A DNA stretch of 64,000 nt, taken from positions 32,001-96,000 of IMG/VR virus record IMGVR_UViG_3300022602_000031. One strand, 5' to 3'. The position numbers and the translations under genes were made by a program. Below, piece by piece: positions 10,967 through 20,819 of the stretch (position 1 is its first letter; each line of letters begins with the position of its first letter). The DNA comes from a virus. The notes below the pieces were generated by a model, which was given only the letters and a program-made list of their open reading frames with translations, made no database searches and was not told the origin of the DNA.

Positions 10967-12498
10967 TATAATATTGCCCCTGCTATTGCGGCTGCAATGG
11001 CCACTTTACTTGGGTCTGGACGAGTTTTATAATCATCTTTGGTCCAAGGTTCGTGTGTTGGCACCAGTGTACATACACTTTGTAATACACCTTCGTTGAT
11101 GGCCCATCCTTTACTACCATCGTTGACTACGTCTTGGTGCGGACTAGTAACTATGTCAAGTGCTGGCGGCACCGGAATTGGCAAATACGGGCTATTTAAT
11201 AGTATAGTAGCGCCGTTAATTCTAGTACTTATTAATGAACTTAAATTTAAAATACCATTGGCACCTACGTTCATTACACCAGAGCCAATATTCATCATAA
11301 CTGTACTTCTAATAGATGCTGTTGTAACGGCTTTAATTTGTAGACTACCAGCACTTTGAATAGTAACATTATTGGATAGTCCCGACAATGCTCCACCTTG
11401 TGTGCCAGGTGCGCCACTGCTTTTTGCTGTGATGTTTACAGCGGCACCTTGTATGTTTACAGCACTATCGCTGTGCATATTAATTGGGCCACTGCTACGT
11501 AAGTTAAAGCCAGCGGCGCCATAGATATTGATTGATCCATCTGGACTAAATTCTAACCATTGATTACCACTGGCACTACCAATATAAAGTACGCCAGTTT
11601 TAAATGTGCCTTGATCATTGCTAAACTCAACGCTGTCATTCATTAGTATTTGATGCCCGGCACTGGTACGCAAACGTATTAGCTGATCGTTGCCGTCCTT
11701 GTCGCCATCGTCCATGACAAACTGATGACCGCCTTTACGGAATATTACTAAGTCAGGATTGTTAGGGATTTGATCTCCAGGCGTGCCTTTGGCTCCCGGT
11801 GTACTAATACCATATACATTACTTGGAGATTCGCGAAGGCTACTAGAACTAATTGCGCCGCGAACAGGATCTCTTTCTAGTCCTTGTGCTATTAGTTTTC
11901 CTGTTTGATATTCGTGTGGGAATCGTTTTGTTGTAACTAGGCCATCGGCAGTTTGTGCGTTAGTATCTTTTGACGAATACTCAATTACCGGAGTAAGTGT
12001 ATCTCCTGTCAACATTGATCCCAGTTGATCGCTTGGTGCTAGAGTATTATTTTGTCCGCCAATGTTACGTGCGATACCCGGAACCATATGATGGCTACCG
12101 CTGTCATAGACACAGGCAAACCAATAACCACGATTAATATCGCCAGCGGCAAACGTGACCAATACTTTATTCCCAATGTCTGGCGGCACAAACCACATAC
12201 CGTAGCTTTGTCCGGCTGTTACTGGACTGTCAGGAGTTGATTGTGTATCTGTTCCGTAGGTTGTTCCATAAAACGGACTTGCGTAACTAACTGGAACACC
12301 ATCGTCAGGCATTTCGTCTTGAGCACCCCAGTCTGGAATATAGACTTTTAGGCCGCCCATACGGCTGCCTTTAATGTGGCTAACCACTGTGCCTACATAC
12401 GGCCCAGCATCACGTACAAATCCTGATTTTTTATCGTTTGATATAGCATTAGGACCAGTACCAAATGTTGGTTTGAGATTATTTGTTCTATCCGTCAT
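10966..12498 (-). CDS. Baseplate central spike, gp5/VgrG OB-fold family
   Basis: GPYVGTV...GGLKVYIP...YGMWFVPPDIGNKVLVTF (OB-fold); GHQFVMDDGD...IRLRTSAGHQILMND beta-helix repeats; C-terminal PTHEPW. Confidence 0.8.
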   Translation of the reverse strand: MTDRTNNLKPTFGTGPNAISNDKKSGFVRDAGPYVGTVVSHIKGSRMGGLKVYIPDWGAQDEMPDDGVPVSYASPFYGTTYGTDTQSTPDSPVTAGQSYGMWFVPPDIGNKVLVTFAAGDINRGYWFACVYDSGSHHMVPGIARNIGGQNNTLAPSDQLGSMLTGDTLTPVIEYSSKDTNAQTADGLVTTKRFPHEYQTGKLIAQGLERDPVRGAISSSSLRESPSNVYGISTPGAKGTPGDQIPNNPDLVIFRKGGHQFVMDDGDKDGNDQLIRLRTSAGHQILMNDSVEFSNDQGTFKTGVLYIGSASGNQWLEFSPDGSINIYGAAGFNLRSSGPINMHSDSAVNIQGAAVNITAKSSGAPGTQGGALSGLSNNVTIQSAGSLQIKAVTTASIRSTVMMNIGSGVMNVGANGILNLSSLISTRINGATILLNSPYLPIPVPPALDIVTSPHQDVVNDGSKGWAINEGVLQSVCTLVPTHEPWTKDDYKTRPDPSKVAIAAAIAGAIL

Positions 12499-12511
12499 AA
12501 TTGATTATTCT

Positions 12512-14740
12512 CTATGTTCGTGCGTTGACACCTACTCCGTCAGTGCCTGCAGCCGACGGACCAGTAGTTAATTGTAGTGACGTAGGCACCAACGACAATT
12601 GAGGGGTTAGTTGTTGCGTACCCAATAGATTACTTGTGCTGGCATTTGTTGCGTTATTTACTATTGCTATTGTCGGCTGATTTGGAACTACCGTGGGAGT
12701 ATTAGTAGTAGAACTAATATTAGTACCACCAGTTTTAATAGTATTGTTGTTATTTGTGTTAACTGGATCTCTTGCCGAATCAACTAAAGATTTTTGATAT
12801 TTTCTAAAAGCATCCATTAACTTACTATTACTATAACGAGTCATTCTAATAACTTGTTCAAATTTACCATTGGCAAAATTACTTTTAACTGTTAGTATTC
12901 TATACTGACCATCAAATGTGCTGGGTCTAGTGCCCGGGGGTGGATAAATGTTACCTTGGTTACTAATATCAATATCGTTGTCAAGAGGACTGTTGATAGT
13001 TAACCGACAAACTACATCTCCATCGTCCATTCTAATAAATCCATATTTGTTACAAAAATCGGCCTGGCTTAAACTAGCATCTGTTTCTGCGCCACTATTT
13101 GGAGAAACATATAACCAATCGTCTTGTTTTAACAAGGTAGGGTCGCCGACAATTCGCATTTCAACGTACAACATATCCCCGTTAAGACGAGTATACAAAC
13201 TCGACATCACATCTAATCCTACCTGCGCTGCCGGGTTGGCAATGTTAGTAAAACCTTGTGTTAGCGTTGGTCTATTAACCTGTGGCAAATATTTCATTGG
13301 TGTATCATTACCGATTGTACCGAGCTGTGGGAAAAGTTGACTAACAAATCCTTGTGTTAATAATATGTCAGGACTATTAGTTGCTAATATATCTTTTAGT
13401 GTAACCCCTGTTGGCAGTTGACTAGCAAACTGGTTGGTAAATGACAGCACAGGAACAAAAAATGTACTGTCAAAATTCATTTTAAGTTCAACAATGTCTT
13501 TATTTTGGCCAGTATAGATATATTGATAATTTTTAACAGTATAGTCGTAGCTGTCTTTGAGTTGCGTGGTTCTTGGATGGTTAGTATTAAAACTTGTAAA
13601 TTTTTTAATAATAAAAGTAATATCTTTAGCTCGGTTACCTAACACCGGATCAAAAGCATCAACTGTTCCAGCATTGGGATCAGTGCTTAATATTTCTGCT
13701 GTTGATTTAAATCCTTTGTATTCTAACAACGTTTGAATTTTAAATGTATTAAGCAGTTGTGACTGATCAGTTTTGCTTGGATCTTTACCAAGCAGGCCAA
13801 GTTGATCCTGCATCCATTGGCTTTGTGCTAATACTTTAAATAAGATGTCTACGAGGTTTGTGCCAGCTGGTATAGTAAATTTCTTAGAATTAACATCTAA
13901 TGTTGTTTTAGTAGAATTAATTTCTGACAGCGGAGTGTTGTTGGAAGTTATTAATTTACTGCTGGCTATATCATCTTTAGGATCTGAAAAAGGAAAGGCA
14001 AATTTTAATCGGCTAGCATACGTTTGCGTTTTTTTTACTTCAACCAAATAAATTAACGCCGCGTTCCATTGTTTAGTTAGGTCATCAAAAAATTCTTTAA
14101 CTGTTGACGCCTGCACGGTAAAAATTTTAGGAGTTGCTATTGCACCTTGGTCGTATGCTTCGTGGCCCGATGCGGAAAACGATATAGTATATTGCGTTCC
14201 TTTATCGGTTAATTCAATTTTCATTTGAAGTAATCGTATAGGAAATCTTTTTCTGTATAACTTACTAGTCGATACCGGAATTGGATTTCCTTTTTCATCA
14301 AACCCAGTAAAGTCAACCTGTAGCATATATGGTCGATCTTGATAGTTTTTAAATGTTCCTGTTGCTGGATCAAAACTAGCACTAAGGAGAGTGTCAACTA
14401 GGCTAATACCATATGGTTCAACAATTATCATTTTACCATGTGTTATATTTCCGCTTTTGCTAGTGGCATTAAGACCAATGGTATTTTCCATTTCAACTTC
14501 TGTGATGTAGTAGTTAAGCCCAGCGGTACTAGGCAGTCTTTTATTGGCGTAAACTCCGCCGTCCTCGGCTAAAACATAACTGTTAGGCAAAAGTGCTGTT
14601 GCGCCAGCGCCAGGACTACGAGCATTTACTAGGTTATTGTAATCTGCTACGTCAAGCCACCAAAGACTAAAAGAATAAGTCCAGGTTGGAAACTGATGTA
14701 ACGGATTATCAATTGGTGTTGTTTTTGTTGGGTCAGCCAC
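12512..14740 (-). CDS. Putative baseplate hub protein (gp27-like position)
   Basis: 742-aa ORF with GTG start between the spike and gp53-like genes; MRIVGDP and G-QYRILTVKSNF-NGKFEQ resemble hub-protein C-termini. Assignment is mostly positional. Confidence 0.5.
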   Translation of the reverse strand: MADPTKTTPIDNPLHQFPTWTYSFSLWWLDVADYNNLVNARSPGAGATALLPNSYVLAEDGGVYANKRLPSTAGLNYYITEVEMENTIGLNATSKSGNITHGKMIIVEPYGISLVDTLLSASFDPATGTFKNYQDRPYMLQVDFTGFDEKGNPIPVSTSKLYRKRFPIRLLQMKIELTDKGTQYTISFSASGHEAYDQGAIATPKIFTVQASTVKEFFDDLTKQWNAALIYLVEVKKTQTYASRLKFAFPFSDPKDDIASSKLITSNNTPLSEINSTKTTLDVNSKKFTIPAGTNLVDILFKVLAQSQWMQDQLGLLGKDPSKTDQSQLLNTFKIQTLLEYKGFKSTAEILSTDPNAGTVDAFDPVLGNRAKDITFIIKKFTSFNTNHPRTTQLKDSYDYTVKNYQYIYTGQNKDIVELKMNFDSTFFVPVLSFTNQFASQLPTGVTLKDILATNSPDILLTQGFVSQLFPQLGTIGNDTPMKYLPQVNRPTLTQGFTNIANPAAQVGLDVMSSLYTRLNGDMLYVEMRIVGDPTLLKQDDWLYVSPNSGAETDASLSQADFCNKYGFIRMDDGDVVCRLTINSPLDNDIDISNQGNIYPPPGTRPSTFDGQYRILTVKSNFANGKFEQVIRMTRYSNSKLMDAFRKYQKSLVDSARDPVNTNNNNTIKTGGTNISSTTNTPTVVPNQPTIAIVNNATNASTSNLLGTQQLTPQLSLVPTSLQLTTGPSAAGTDGVGVNART

Positions 14741-14743
14741 GGC

Positions 14744-15046
14744 TTAATGTCCGATTGATGTAAGTATTGCGGATTTTGGAGGTAGAATTATAATTTTTGG
14801 TGCTACAAAATCAAAAGTAGGATCTTTAAGAACATCGGGATTGCGTACAGCAAATACCCACCAAAATGCCGAGTCGGCATAAAGGTCGTGTGCTAATAGA
14901 TCCGGTCTATAATTGTAGGGAGGATCAATTTGATACACTTTATCAGCTATGTCAGGTTGAATGTATTTGCCAGACCAGGTATCTAAAAATTGTCCCCATA
15001 GTTGTGTTCCTGCGTAGGGACTAGTAGAGTTATATGTTACTGACAT
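14744..15046 (-). CDS. Baseplate wedge protein, gp53/LysM-like
   Basis: YRPDLLAHDLYADSAFWWVFAVRN matches the gp53/LysM-like tail X pattern. Confidence 0.75.
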   Translation of the reverse strand: MSVTYNSTSPYAGTQLWGQFLDTWSGKYIQPDIADKVYQIDPPYNYRPDLLAHDLYADSAFWWVFAVRNPDVLKDPTFDFVAPKIIILPPKSAILTSIGH

Positions 15047-16041
15047 TATAAGAAACCTCCAACTGGTGGGGTTGTAACAACCTGGGTACCTCGCGTAGCT
15101 CCAAATGCGCTAGCAGGTCTGCCTAGACCAACCTGATTAATTAGTGCGCCATTGGCAAAGTCTTGTAGACTGAAGCTTTGGCTTTGTGATACACGACTGT
15201 ATACTGGCTGTACTGTTACTGTTACTGTGCTTGATGTTGGCAAGCGTGTGCTGGTTTTTCTTGGATTCTGTATAGCTGGGTAATAGGTAAACCCTGGTTC
15301 TGATACATCCATATAGTCAACGTCGCTAGGCATAGTATGACTAAAACTAGTTACTACTACAGGAACGTTGGGCAAGTAGTACTGGCCATACCCATTGAGA
15401 TACAGTATTGGCGGAGGATTACCGGCGGCTGGATTTTGATCTGCTCCAAAAAACATTTTTGTTGCCGCTCTTAAAAAATAAATTGTTGCTAGTAAATACT
15501 GGCCTTCAGTTAAATTTTGTACAGTAAATTCGCCAGCAATAGTAATAGCACTAACTTCACTGTTATTATAAAAATAACTAGCATAGTTTGTATGTGTTAA
15601 TTTTTGTGATTCGTAATTGGCAGTATGTGTAACGCTAAGTGTCGGAGTATAAGGAAATACTACCCCAATTCGTTGTTGTGCTGTGGTTTGCCCGCCAAGG
15701 CCTCCGGGCAATAAACTACCTACTACTGCGGTACCAGCATTGTCAGCACCGCCGCCTGCGCCAAATATCTCGCCCGACTGTTTCAATGGGGTTAGTAGAG
15801 TGTTGTTTGGATCGTTGTAAAAATAGTTAGCATAGTTAGGTAGTGTTAGTCTAACACGCCAATCTTCGGCAGCATCTGGATAAGAAATTTTAACCGACGG
15901 AGATTTTGAACCTGTAGCTTTTCCGTATAAAGTTGACAGATTGTCTCGTGTGGCCGCCTGACTAAACCCAAAAGGTTGTGTAAGAGCGTTAGCAATAGAG
16001 CCCGACATATTACTTGCTGAAGGATTAGATAGTATTGGCAT
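15046..16041 (-). CDS. Tail tube initiator / baseplate tube-like protein (gp48/gp54-like)
   Basis: VFPYTPT...ITIAGEFT...GNPPPILYLNGYG...VPVVVTSFSHTMP is typical of tube-fold baseplate proteins; first gene of the baseplate operon. Confidence 0.55.
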   Translation of the reverse strand: MPILSNPSASNMSGSIANALTQPFGFSQAATRDNLSTLYGKATGSKSPSVKISYPDAAEDWRVRLTLPNYANYFYNDPNNTLLTPLKQSGEIFGAGGGADNAGTAVVGSLLPGGLGGQTTAQQRIGVVFPYTPTLSVTHTANYESQKLTHTNYASYFYNNSEVSAITIAGEFTVQNLTEGQYLLATIYFLRAATKMFFGADQNPAAGNPPPILYLNGYGQYYLPNVPVVVTSFSHTMPSDVDYMDVSEPGFTYYPAIQNPRKTSTRLPTSSTVTVTVQPVYSRVSQSQSFSLQDFANGALINQVGLGRPASAFGATRGTQVVTTPPVGGFL

Positions 16042-16098
16042 ATGAGTATTTATCGGCTAGAATAAACGGCCCAGATAAAGACACTTATTTAGAAAAGG

Positions 16099-16127
16099 TT
16101 GACCTTGGCTATTAAATATGTTAGTAT
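16099..16127 (+). promoter_or_regulatory. Sigma70-type promoter for the late sigma factor gene, with an embedded late-promoter motif
   Basis: TTGACC (16099-16104), 17-bp spacer, TAGTAT (16122-16127); TAAATA at 16113-16118 within the spacer. Confidence 0.6.
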
Positions 16128-16154
16128 GTGCTTACTTTTATAAAGGACTAAGAG

Positions 16155-17039
16155 GTGCGCCATAATTATCTTAACAACAAAGACATTCTAAAAGAGATTC
16201 ACAAAAGCAAAAATACTTACTGTTACTATCAAAAACCCGAATACGGTGATTATGATATGATTCTTCCAGACGTAAGTAAAATTAATAAAAAGAACATTAA
16301 AGAAGCTAGACAAAACAGAGCAGACCGTTTAACTAAACTGGCACACGAAGCAGATTTAGCCGAAACAGGAGTTAAACGCAAATTAGATGAATTTGAAGTT
16401 AAGCTCAAAGATGTTCCGGACACCGATGTAGTATTCCGTGTAATGACCTGGGCTCATATACCAGTCGATGATGCCAAAAGCCGTAAGGCCGCTATCAAGC
16501 AAATGGAAGAAGATGGCGTACCACATTCCGAATACGACGACGATACCGAGATTGATATTTCCGGTAGTACTAAGTATGTTAAAGTAAATTTCCCACCATT
16601 TGAACACTACAAAGTTGACGAAACAGGCACACCAGTTTGTGTAGGACGTAGCCACTGGCAGGGTGGATTAAAAACTGGTAAATTTAATCGTGAGCACGGG
16701 AAAATGACTCCTAAGCTGGCTCATATGTTTATTAAGCTGTGTGAGCGGTATGCCACTCGCAGTAACTGGAGAGGATATACCTACAATGACGAAATGCGCT
16801 CACAGGCCTTGCTACAGCTCAGTCAAATTGGACTACAATTCGATGAATCAAAATCACAAAACCCTTTTGCTTATTATACTGCCGCTATTACTAATAGTTT
16901 TACTCGAGTACTTAATATTGAGAAGCGTAACCAGAATTTACGAGATGATATTTTAGAAATGAATAACCTAACACCTAGTTATACACGCCAGGGTATGGGC
17001 GCCGGACCAACATCATCCGAATCACATTATGATGAGTAA
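16155..17039 (+). CDS. gp55: Late-transcription RNA polymerase sigma factor, T4 gp55-like
   Basis: YLNNKDIL at the N-terminus and NWRGYTYNDEM...QFDESKSQNPFAYYT...NSFTRVLNIEKR match gp55 conserved blocks. Confidence 0.85.
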   Translation: MRHNYLNNKDILKEIHKSKNTYCYYQKPEYGDYDMILPDVSKINKKNIKEARQNRADRLTKLAHEADLAETGVKRKLDEFEVKLKDVPDTDVVFRVMTWAHIPVDDAKSRKAAIKQMEEDGVPHSEYDDDTEIDISGSTKYVKVNFPPFEHYKVDETGTPVCVGRSHWQGGLKTGKFNREHGKMTPKLAHMFIKLCERYATRSNWRGYTYNDEMRSQALLQLSQIGLQFDESKSQNPFAYYTAAITNSFTRVLNIEKRNQNLRDDILEMNNLTPSYTRQGMGAGPTSSESHYDE

Positions 17040-17047
17040 ATAAGTCT

Positions 17048-17076
17048 TTGACTTTACTCATTTAATTCTCTATAGT
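17048..17076 (+). promoter_or_regulatory. Near-consensus sigma70 promoter
   Basis: TTGACT (17048-17053), 17-bp spacer, TATAGT (17071-17076); ATG 8 nt downstream. Confidence 0.75.
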
Positions 17077-17084
17077 AAGCTACT

Positions 17085-18101
17085 ATGACGAACCTTTTTA
17101 AGAAGGCGGCTATGTTTACTGACATCCATTTTGGATTAAAGTCTAATAGTACGCTACACAATGAAGACTGTTTAAATTTTGTAAAGTGGGCAACTGCCAA
17201 GGCCAAAGAGGAAGGATGCGACACCTGTTTGTTTTTGGGTGATTGGCATAACAATCGTGCCAGCATCAACATCCTTACCTTACAATACAGTCTACAAGCA
17301 CTGGAGCACTTAAATGCGAACTTTGATCAAACATACTTTATTCCAGGTAACCATGATTTGTACTATCGCGATAAGCGTGATGTACAAAGTGTGGAGTGGG
17401 CCAAACACCTTACTAACATCCATATTTGTAACGATTGGACTACTATCGGCGACGTCACTATTGCTCCGTGGCTTGTTGGCGACGACTTCAAACGATTAAG
17501 AAAATTAAAAGGCAAGTATATGTTTGGGCACTTTGAGTTGCCTGGATACCTAATGAATGCCATGGTTGCTATGCCCGAGCACGGCGAACTACGCGGTGAT
17601 GATATGCAGGGCTTTGAGCACGTGTTTACTGGACATTTCCACAAACGTCAAACACAGCGTAACATTACATATATTGGTAATTGTTTTCCGCACAACTATG
17701 CCGATGCTGGTGATGATGAACGTGGACTTACTATATTAGAGTGGGGTCAAGATCCAGTGTATATTGCTTGGCCCGATCAACCCAAGTATCGTGTATTTGG
17801 TTTAAAAGATCTACTAACGCACACAGAAGTTATGCTTAAACCCAATATGCACGTTCGTGTTAATTTGGACGTAGATATCAGCTACGAAGAAGCCACTTTT
17901 ATTAAAGAAACTTTTGTTCCGCAGTATAATTTACGTGAGCTTACACTTATTCCTGCCAAAGTCACAGACTTAACCGACTACGAAATACAAGGCAATATAG
18001 AGTTCGAAAGTGTAGATCAAATTGTCTATGGACAACTAAGCAGTATCGAATCGGAGCAGTTTAATAAAAACCTATTACTGGACATTTATAAAAATCTCTA
18101 A
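17085..18101 (+). CDS. gp47: Recombination endonuclease subunit, Mre11/SbcD (T4 gp47-like)
   Basis: Metallophosphoesterase motifs DIHFG, LGDW, GNHD, GHF, GHFH. Confidence 0.92.
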   Translation: MTNLFKKAAMFTDIHFGLKSNSTLHNEDCLNFVKWATAKAKEEGCDTCLFLGDWHNNRASINILTLQYSLQALEHLNANFDQTYFIPGNHDLYYRDKRDVQSVEWAKHLTNIHICNDWTTIGDVTIAPWLVGDDFKRLRKLKGKYMFGHFELPGYLMNAMVAMPEHGELRGDDMQGFEHVFTGHFHKRQTQRNITYIGNCFPHNYADAGDDERGLTILEWGQDPVYIAWPDQPKYRVFGLKDLLTHTEVMLKPNMHVRVNLDVDISYEEATFIKETFVPQYNLRELTLIPAKVTDLTDYEIQGNIEFESVDQIVYGQLSSIESEQFNKNLLLDIYKNL

Positions 18102-19879
18102 TGTTTAAAATAAAAACACTCACAGTTAAAAACTTTATGAGCGTGGGTAATATTACTCAGGCTGTAGATTTTGATCGTCGAGACCTAACATTGGTCTTGG
18201 GCGAAAACTTGGACCTAGGAGGAGACGACTCGGGCGCACGTAATGGTACAGGTAAAACAACCATTATCAATGCTCTTAGTTTTGCCATGTACGGCAATGC
18301 CTTGACTAACATTAAAAAAGATAACTTAATTAATAAGACCAACAGCAAAGGCCTAATGGTCACTATTGATTTTGAAAAGGATGGCGAAACATATAGAATT
18401 GAGCGTGGGCGTAAGCCTAACGTAATGAAGTTCTTTGTAGGCGATCAAGAAAAAGAAATTACAGACGATGCCCAAGGTGATTCAAGAGAAACACAGCAAG
18501 AAATAGAACGTATGCTGGGTATGAGTCACGATATGTTCAAACATATTGTAGCTCTAAACACTTATACAGAACCGTTCTTGTCATTAAAAGCCAATGATCA
18601 ACGTACTATTATTGAACAACTGTTGGGTATTACACTACTAAGTGAAAAAGCTGATCGTTTAAAAGAAACAGCAAAAGCCACTAAAGAAGCTATTACAGCC
18701 GAAGAGTTTCGTATCAAAGCTGTAGGCGATGCTAACAAACGTATTGAAGAACAAATAGAATCATTAAAACGTCGGCAAACGCAGTGGACTACGAAACATG
18801 AAGAAGAGATTAAGAAACTACAGACGGGAATTGAAGAGCTTCAGAAAATCGACATCGAGGCCGAGATTCAGGCACACCAAGCGTTTAAAACCTGGGATCA
18901 AACTCGAAAGGATATCAATGAATTATCGTCGGCGATTAGTCGGACGAAAATGGATCTTGTTCGGGAAGAGAAAACTATTGCAAAGATATCTACAGAACTC
19001 GTTTCGCTGGAAAATCATACGTGCCATACCTGCGGTCAAGAGTTCCATGACGAAAAGCACCAACAAGTATTGGGACAGAAGCAGAGAGACTTATCAACAG
19101 CACAAGAAAATCAGAGAACCCATGCTGCCACACTGGCTGAATTACAGTCTGCTCACGATGGGTTGGGCAAACTAGGCCCACGTCCAGAAACATTCTACGA
19201 TCGAGAGTCAGATGCTATTCATCACCAGGCCACAGTTGATAATTTAATTCAACAATTAGCAACTAAGTCAGCAGAAGTAGATCCCTACACAGAACAAATT
19301 GCCGAAATGAGCGAGCAGGGCATTGAAGAGATTACCTATGATGTCATGAACGAATTAACTAATCTGCGTGATCATCAAGAGTTCCTACTTAAACTGTTGA
19401 CTAATAAAGATTCGTTTATTCGTAAACGTATTATTGATCAAAATTTAAGTTATCTAAATGCTCGCCTTGGGCAGTACTTAGATCGTATTGGTTTACCGCA
19501 TACTGTTAAATTCCTAAATGACCTTAGTGTAGAAATCACCGAGTTAGGGCGTGATTTAGATTTTGATAACCTAAGCCGCGGAGAACGCAATCGTTTAATT
19601 TTATCATTAAGCTGGGCATTCCGCGATGTTTGGGAAAGCCTGTATCAACCTATTAACCTGTTATTCATTGATGAGTTAGTTGACTCAGGTATGGATAGTT
19701 CGGGTGTAGAAAACGCACTATCTATACTAAAGAAAATGTCAAGGGACAGTAACAAGAGTGTTTGGTTAGTGTCGCACAAGGATGAATTGTCGGGTCGGGT
19801 AAACAACACCTTACACGTAGTTAAAGAAAATGGATATACAAGTTACAACACCGACGTCGAGATTACTGAGTCATCGTAG
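18101..19879 (+). CDS. gp46: Recombination ATPase subunit, Rad50/SbcC (T4 gp46-like)
   Basis: Walker A NGTGKTT, coiled coil with zinc hook CHTC, signature LSRGE, Walker B LLFIDE, SH switch. Confidence 0.92.
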   Translation: MFKIKTLTVKNFMSVGNITQAVDFDRRDLTLVLGENLDLGGDDSGARNGTGKTTIINALSFAMYGNALTNIKKDNLINKTNSKGLMVTIDFEKDGETYRIERGRKPNVMKFFVGDQEKEITDDAQGDSRETQQEIERMLGMSHDMFKHIVALNTYTEPFLSLKANDQRTIIEQLLGITLLSEKADRLKETAKATKEAITAEEFRIKAVGDANKRIEEQIESLKRRQTQWTTKHEEEIKKLQTGIEELQKIDIEAEIQAHQAFKTWDQTRKDINELSSAISRTKMDLVREEKTIAKISTELVSLENHTCHTCGQEFHDEKHQQVLGQKQRDLSTAQENQRTHAATLAELQSAHDGLGKLGPRPETFYDRESDAIHHQATVDNLIQQLATKSAEVDPYTEQIAEMSEQGIEEITYDVMNELTNLRDHQEFLLKLLTNKDSFIRKRIIDQNLSYLNARLGQYLDRIGLPHTVKFLNDLSVEITELGRDLDFDNLSRGERNRLILSLSWAFRDVWESLYQPINLLFIDELVDSGMDSSGVENALSILKKMSRDSNKSVWLVSHKDELSGRVNNTLHVVKENGYTSYNTDVEITESS

Positions 19880-20819
19880 AATACACATCGAATTAAGTAG
19901 TAAGTGTACGCTTAAATGCCCTCGATGCCCTCGCACGGAGTTACATCCAGATAGCCTAAACAAAGAAATTACTCTATTAGAGTTTCAGCGTGCCTTTACC
20001 CCGGACCTACTAAAAGAGATACAGGAAATAACTTTCTGTGGCGACATAGGTGATCCTATATATGCTCGCGACTTTTTACCTATTGTGGAGTACATTAAGC
20101 GATCACGGTTCAATGTCAGCTTGATTATTGTTACTAATGGTAGTTACAAGCCCGAAGCGTGGTGGCAAGAACTAGGTATGTACCTAAGGCCCAATGACAA
20201 AGTTACATTTAGTGTTGACGGGTGGGATCAGGCCAGTAATGAACAGTATCGTGTTAACAGCGACTTTGATTCAATTGTAGCAGGTGCTCGTGCTTTAAGA
20301 CGAGTAACTAAGGCACAAATGAATTGGTCAGCTATCTATTTCAAGTTTAACGAAGATAAGATGCCCTGGATACAAGACCTAGCACGTGAATTAGAATTTG
20401 ATACATTTGAAGCTGTACTGAGTACAAAGTTTGACAATCAGTATCTTGTCAACGGTGTAGACCCATTGAAGCCTGTGGGTGGATGGGTTGCTACAGGCAA
20501 GTATGAAGTTATGCAGGAAAAATTAAAAAGCGGTATCCCTGTTATATTTTATGAAACACGTCAACGCCACTCGTGGGCTCGATGTGCCAATTGGGACATA
20601 CCTATGTTTATCAATGTAGATGGTTATGTATTTCCTTGTCCTTGGTTTAATTCAGGTTACTTGGAAAATGATTTCTTTGAAAAACATCGAGAACAGTTGT
20701 CAATTAAACATCGTACACTTACTGAAATTATCAATGATCCATTATGGGACGAAATGTACACACGCTTTGAAATAGCACCACTAGATATTTGTAAACTAAA
20801 GTGTAAAAATGCCGAATAA
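19830..20819 (+). CDS. Radical SAM protein with C-terminal SPASM/twitch-like cysteines
   Basis: CTLKCPRC (CxxxCxxC), FCGDIGDP, VTNGS, C-terminal C...GYVFPCPW...C..KC. Start codon uncertain (50-nt overlap with gp46). Confidence 0.85.
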   Translation: MDIQVTTPTSRLLSHRRIHIELSSKCTLKCPRCPRTELHPDSLNKEITLLEFQRAFTPDLLKEIQEITFCGDIGDPIYARDFLPIVEYIKRSRFNVSLIIVTNGSYKPEAWWQELGMYLRPNDKVTFSVDGWDQASNEQYRVNSDFDSIVAGARALRRVTKAQMNWSAIYFKFNEDKMPWIQDLARELEFDTFEAVLSTKFDNQYLVNGVDPLKPVGGWVATGKYEVMQEKLKSGIPVIFYETRQRHSWARCANWDIPMFINVDGYVFPCPWFNSGYLENDFFEKHREQLSIKHRTLTEIINDPLWDEMYTRFEIAPLDICKLKCKNAE

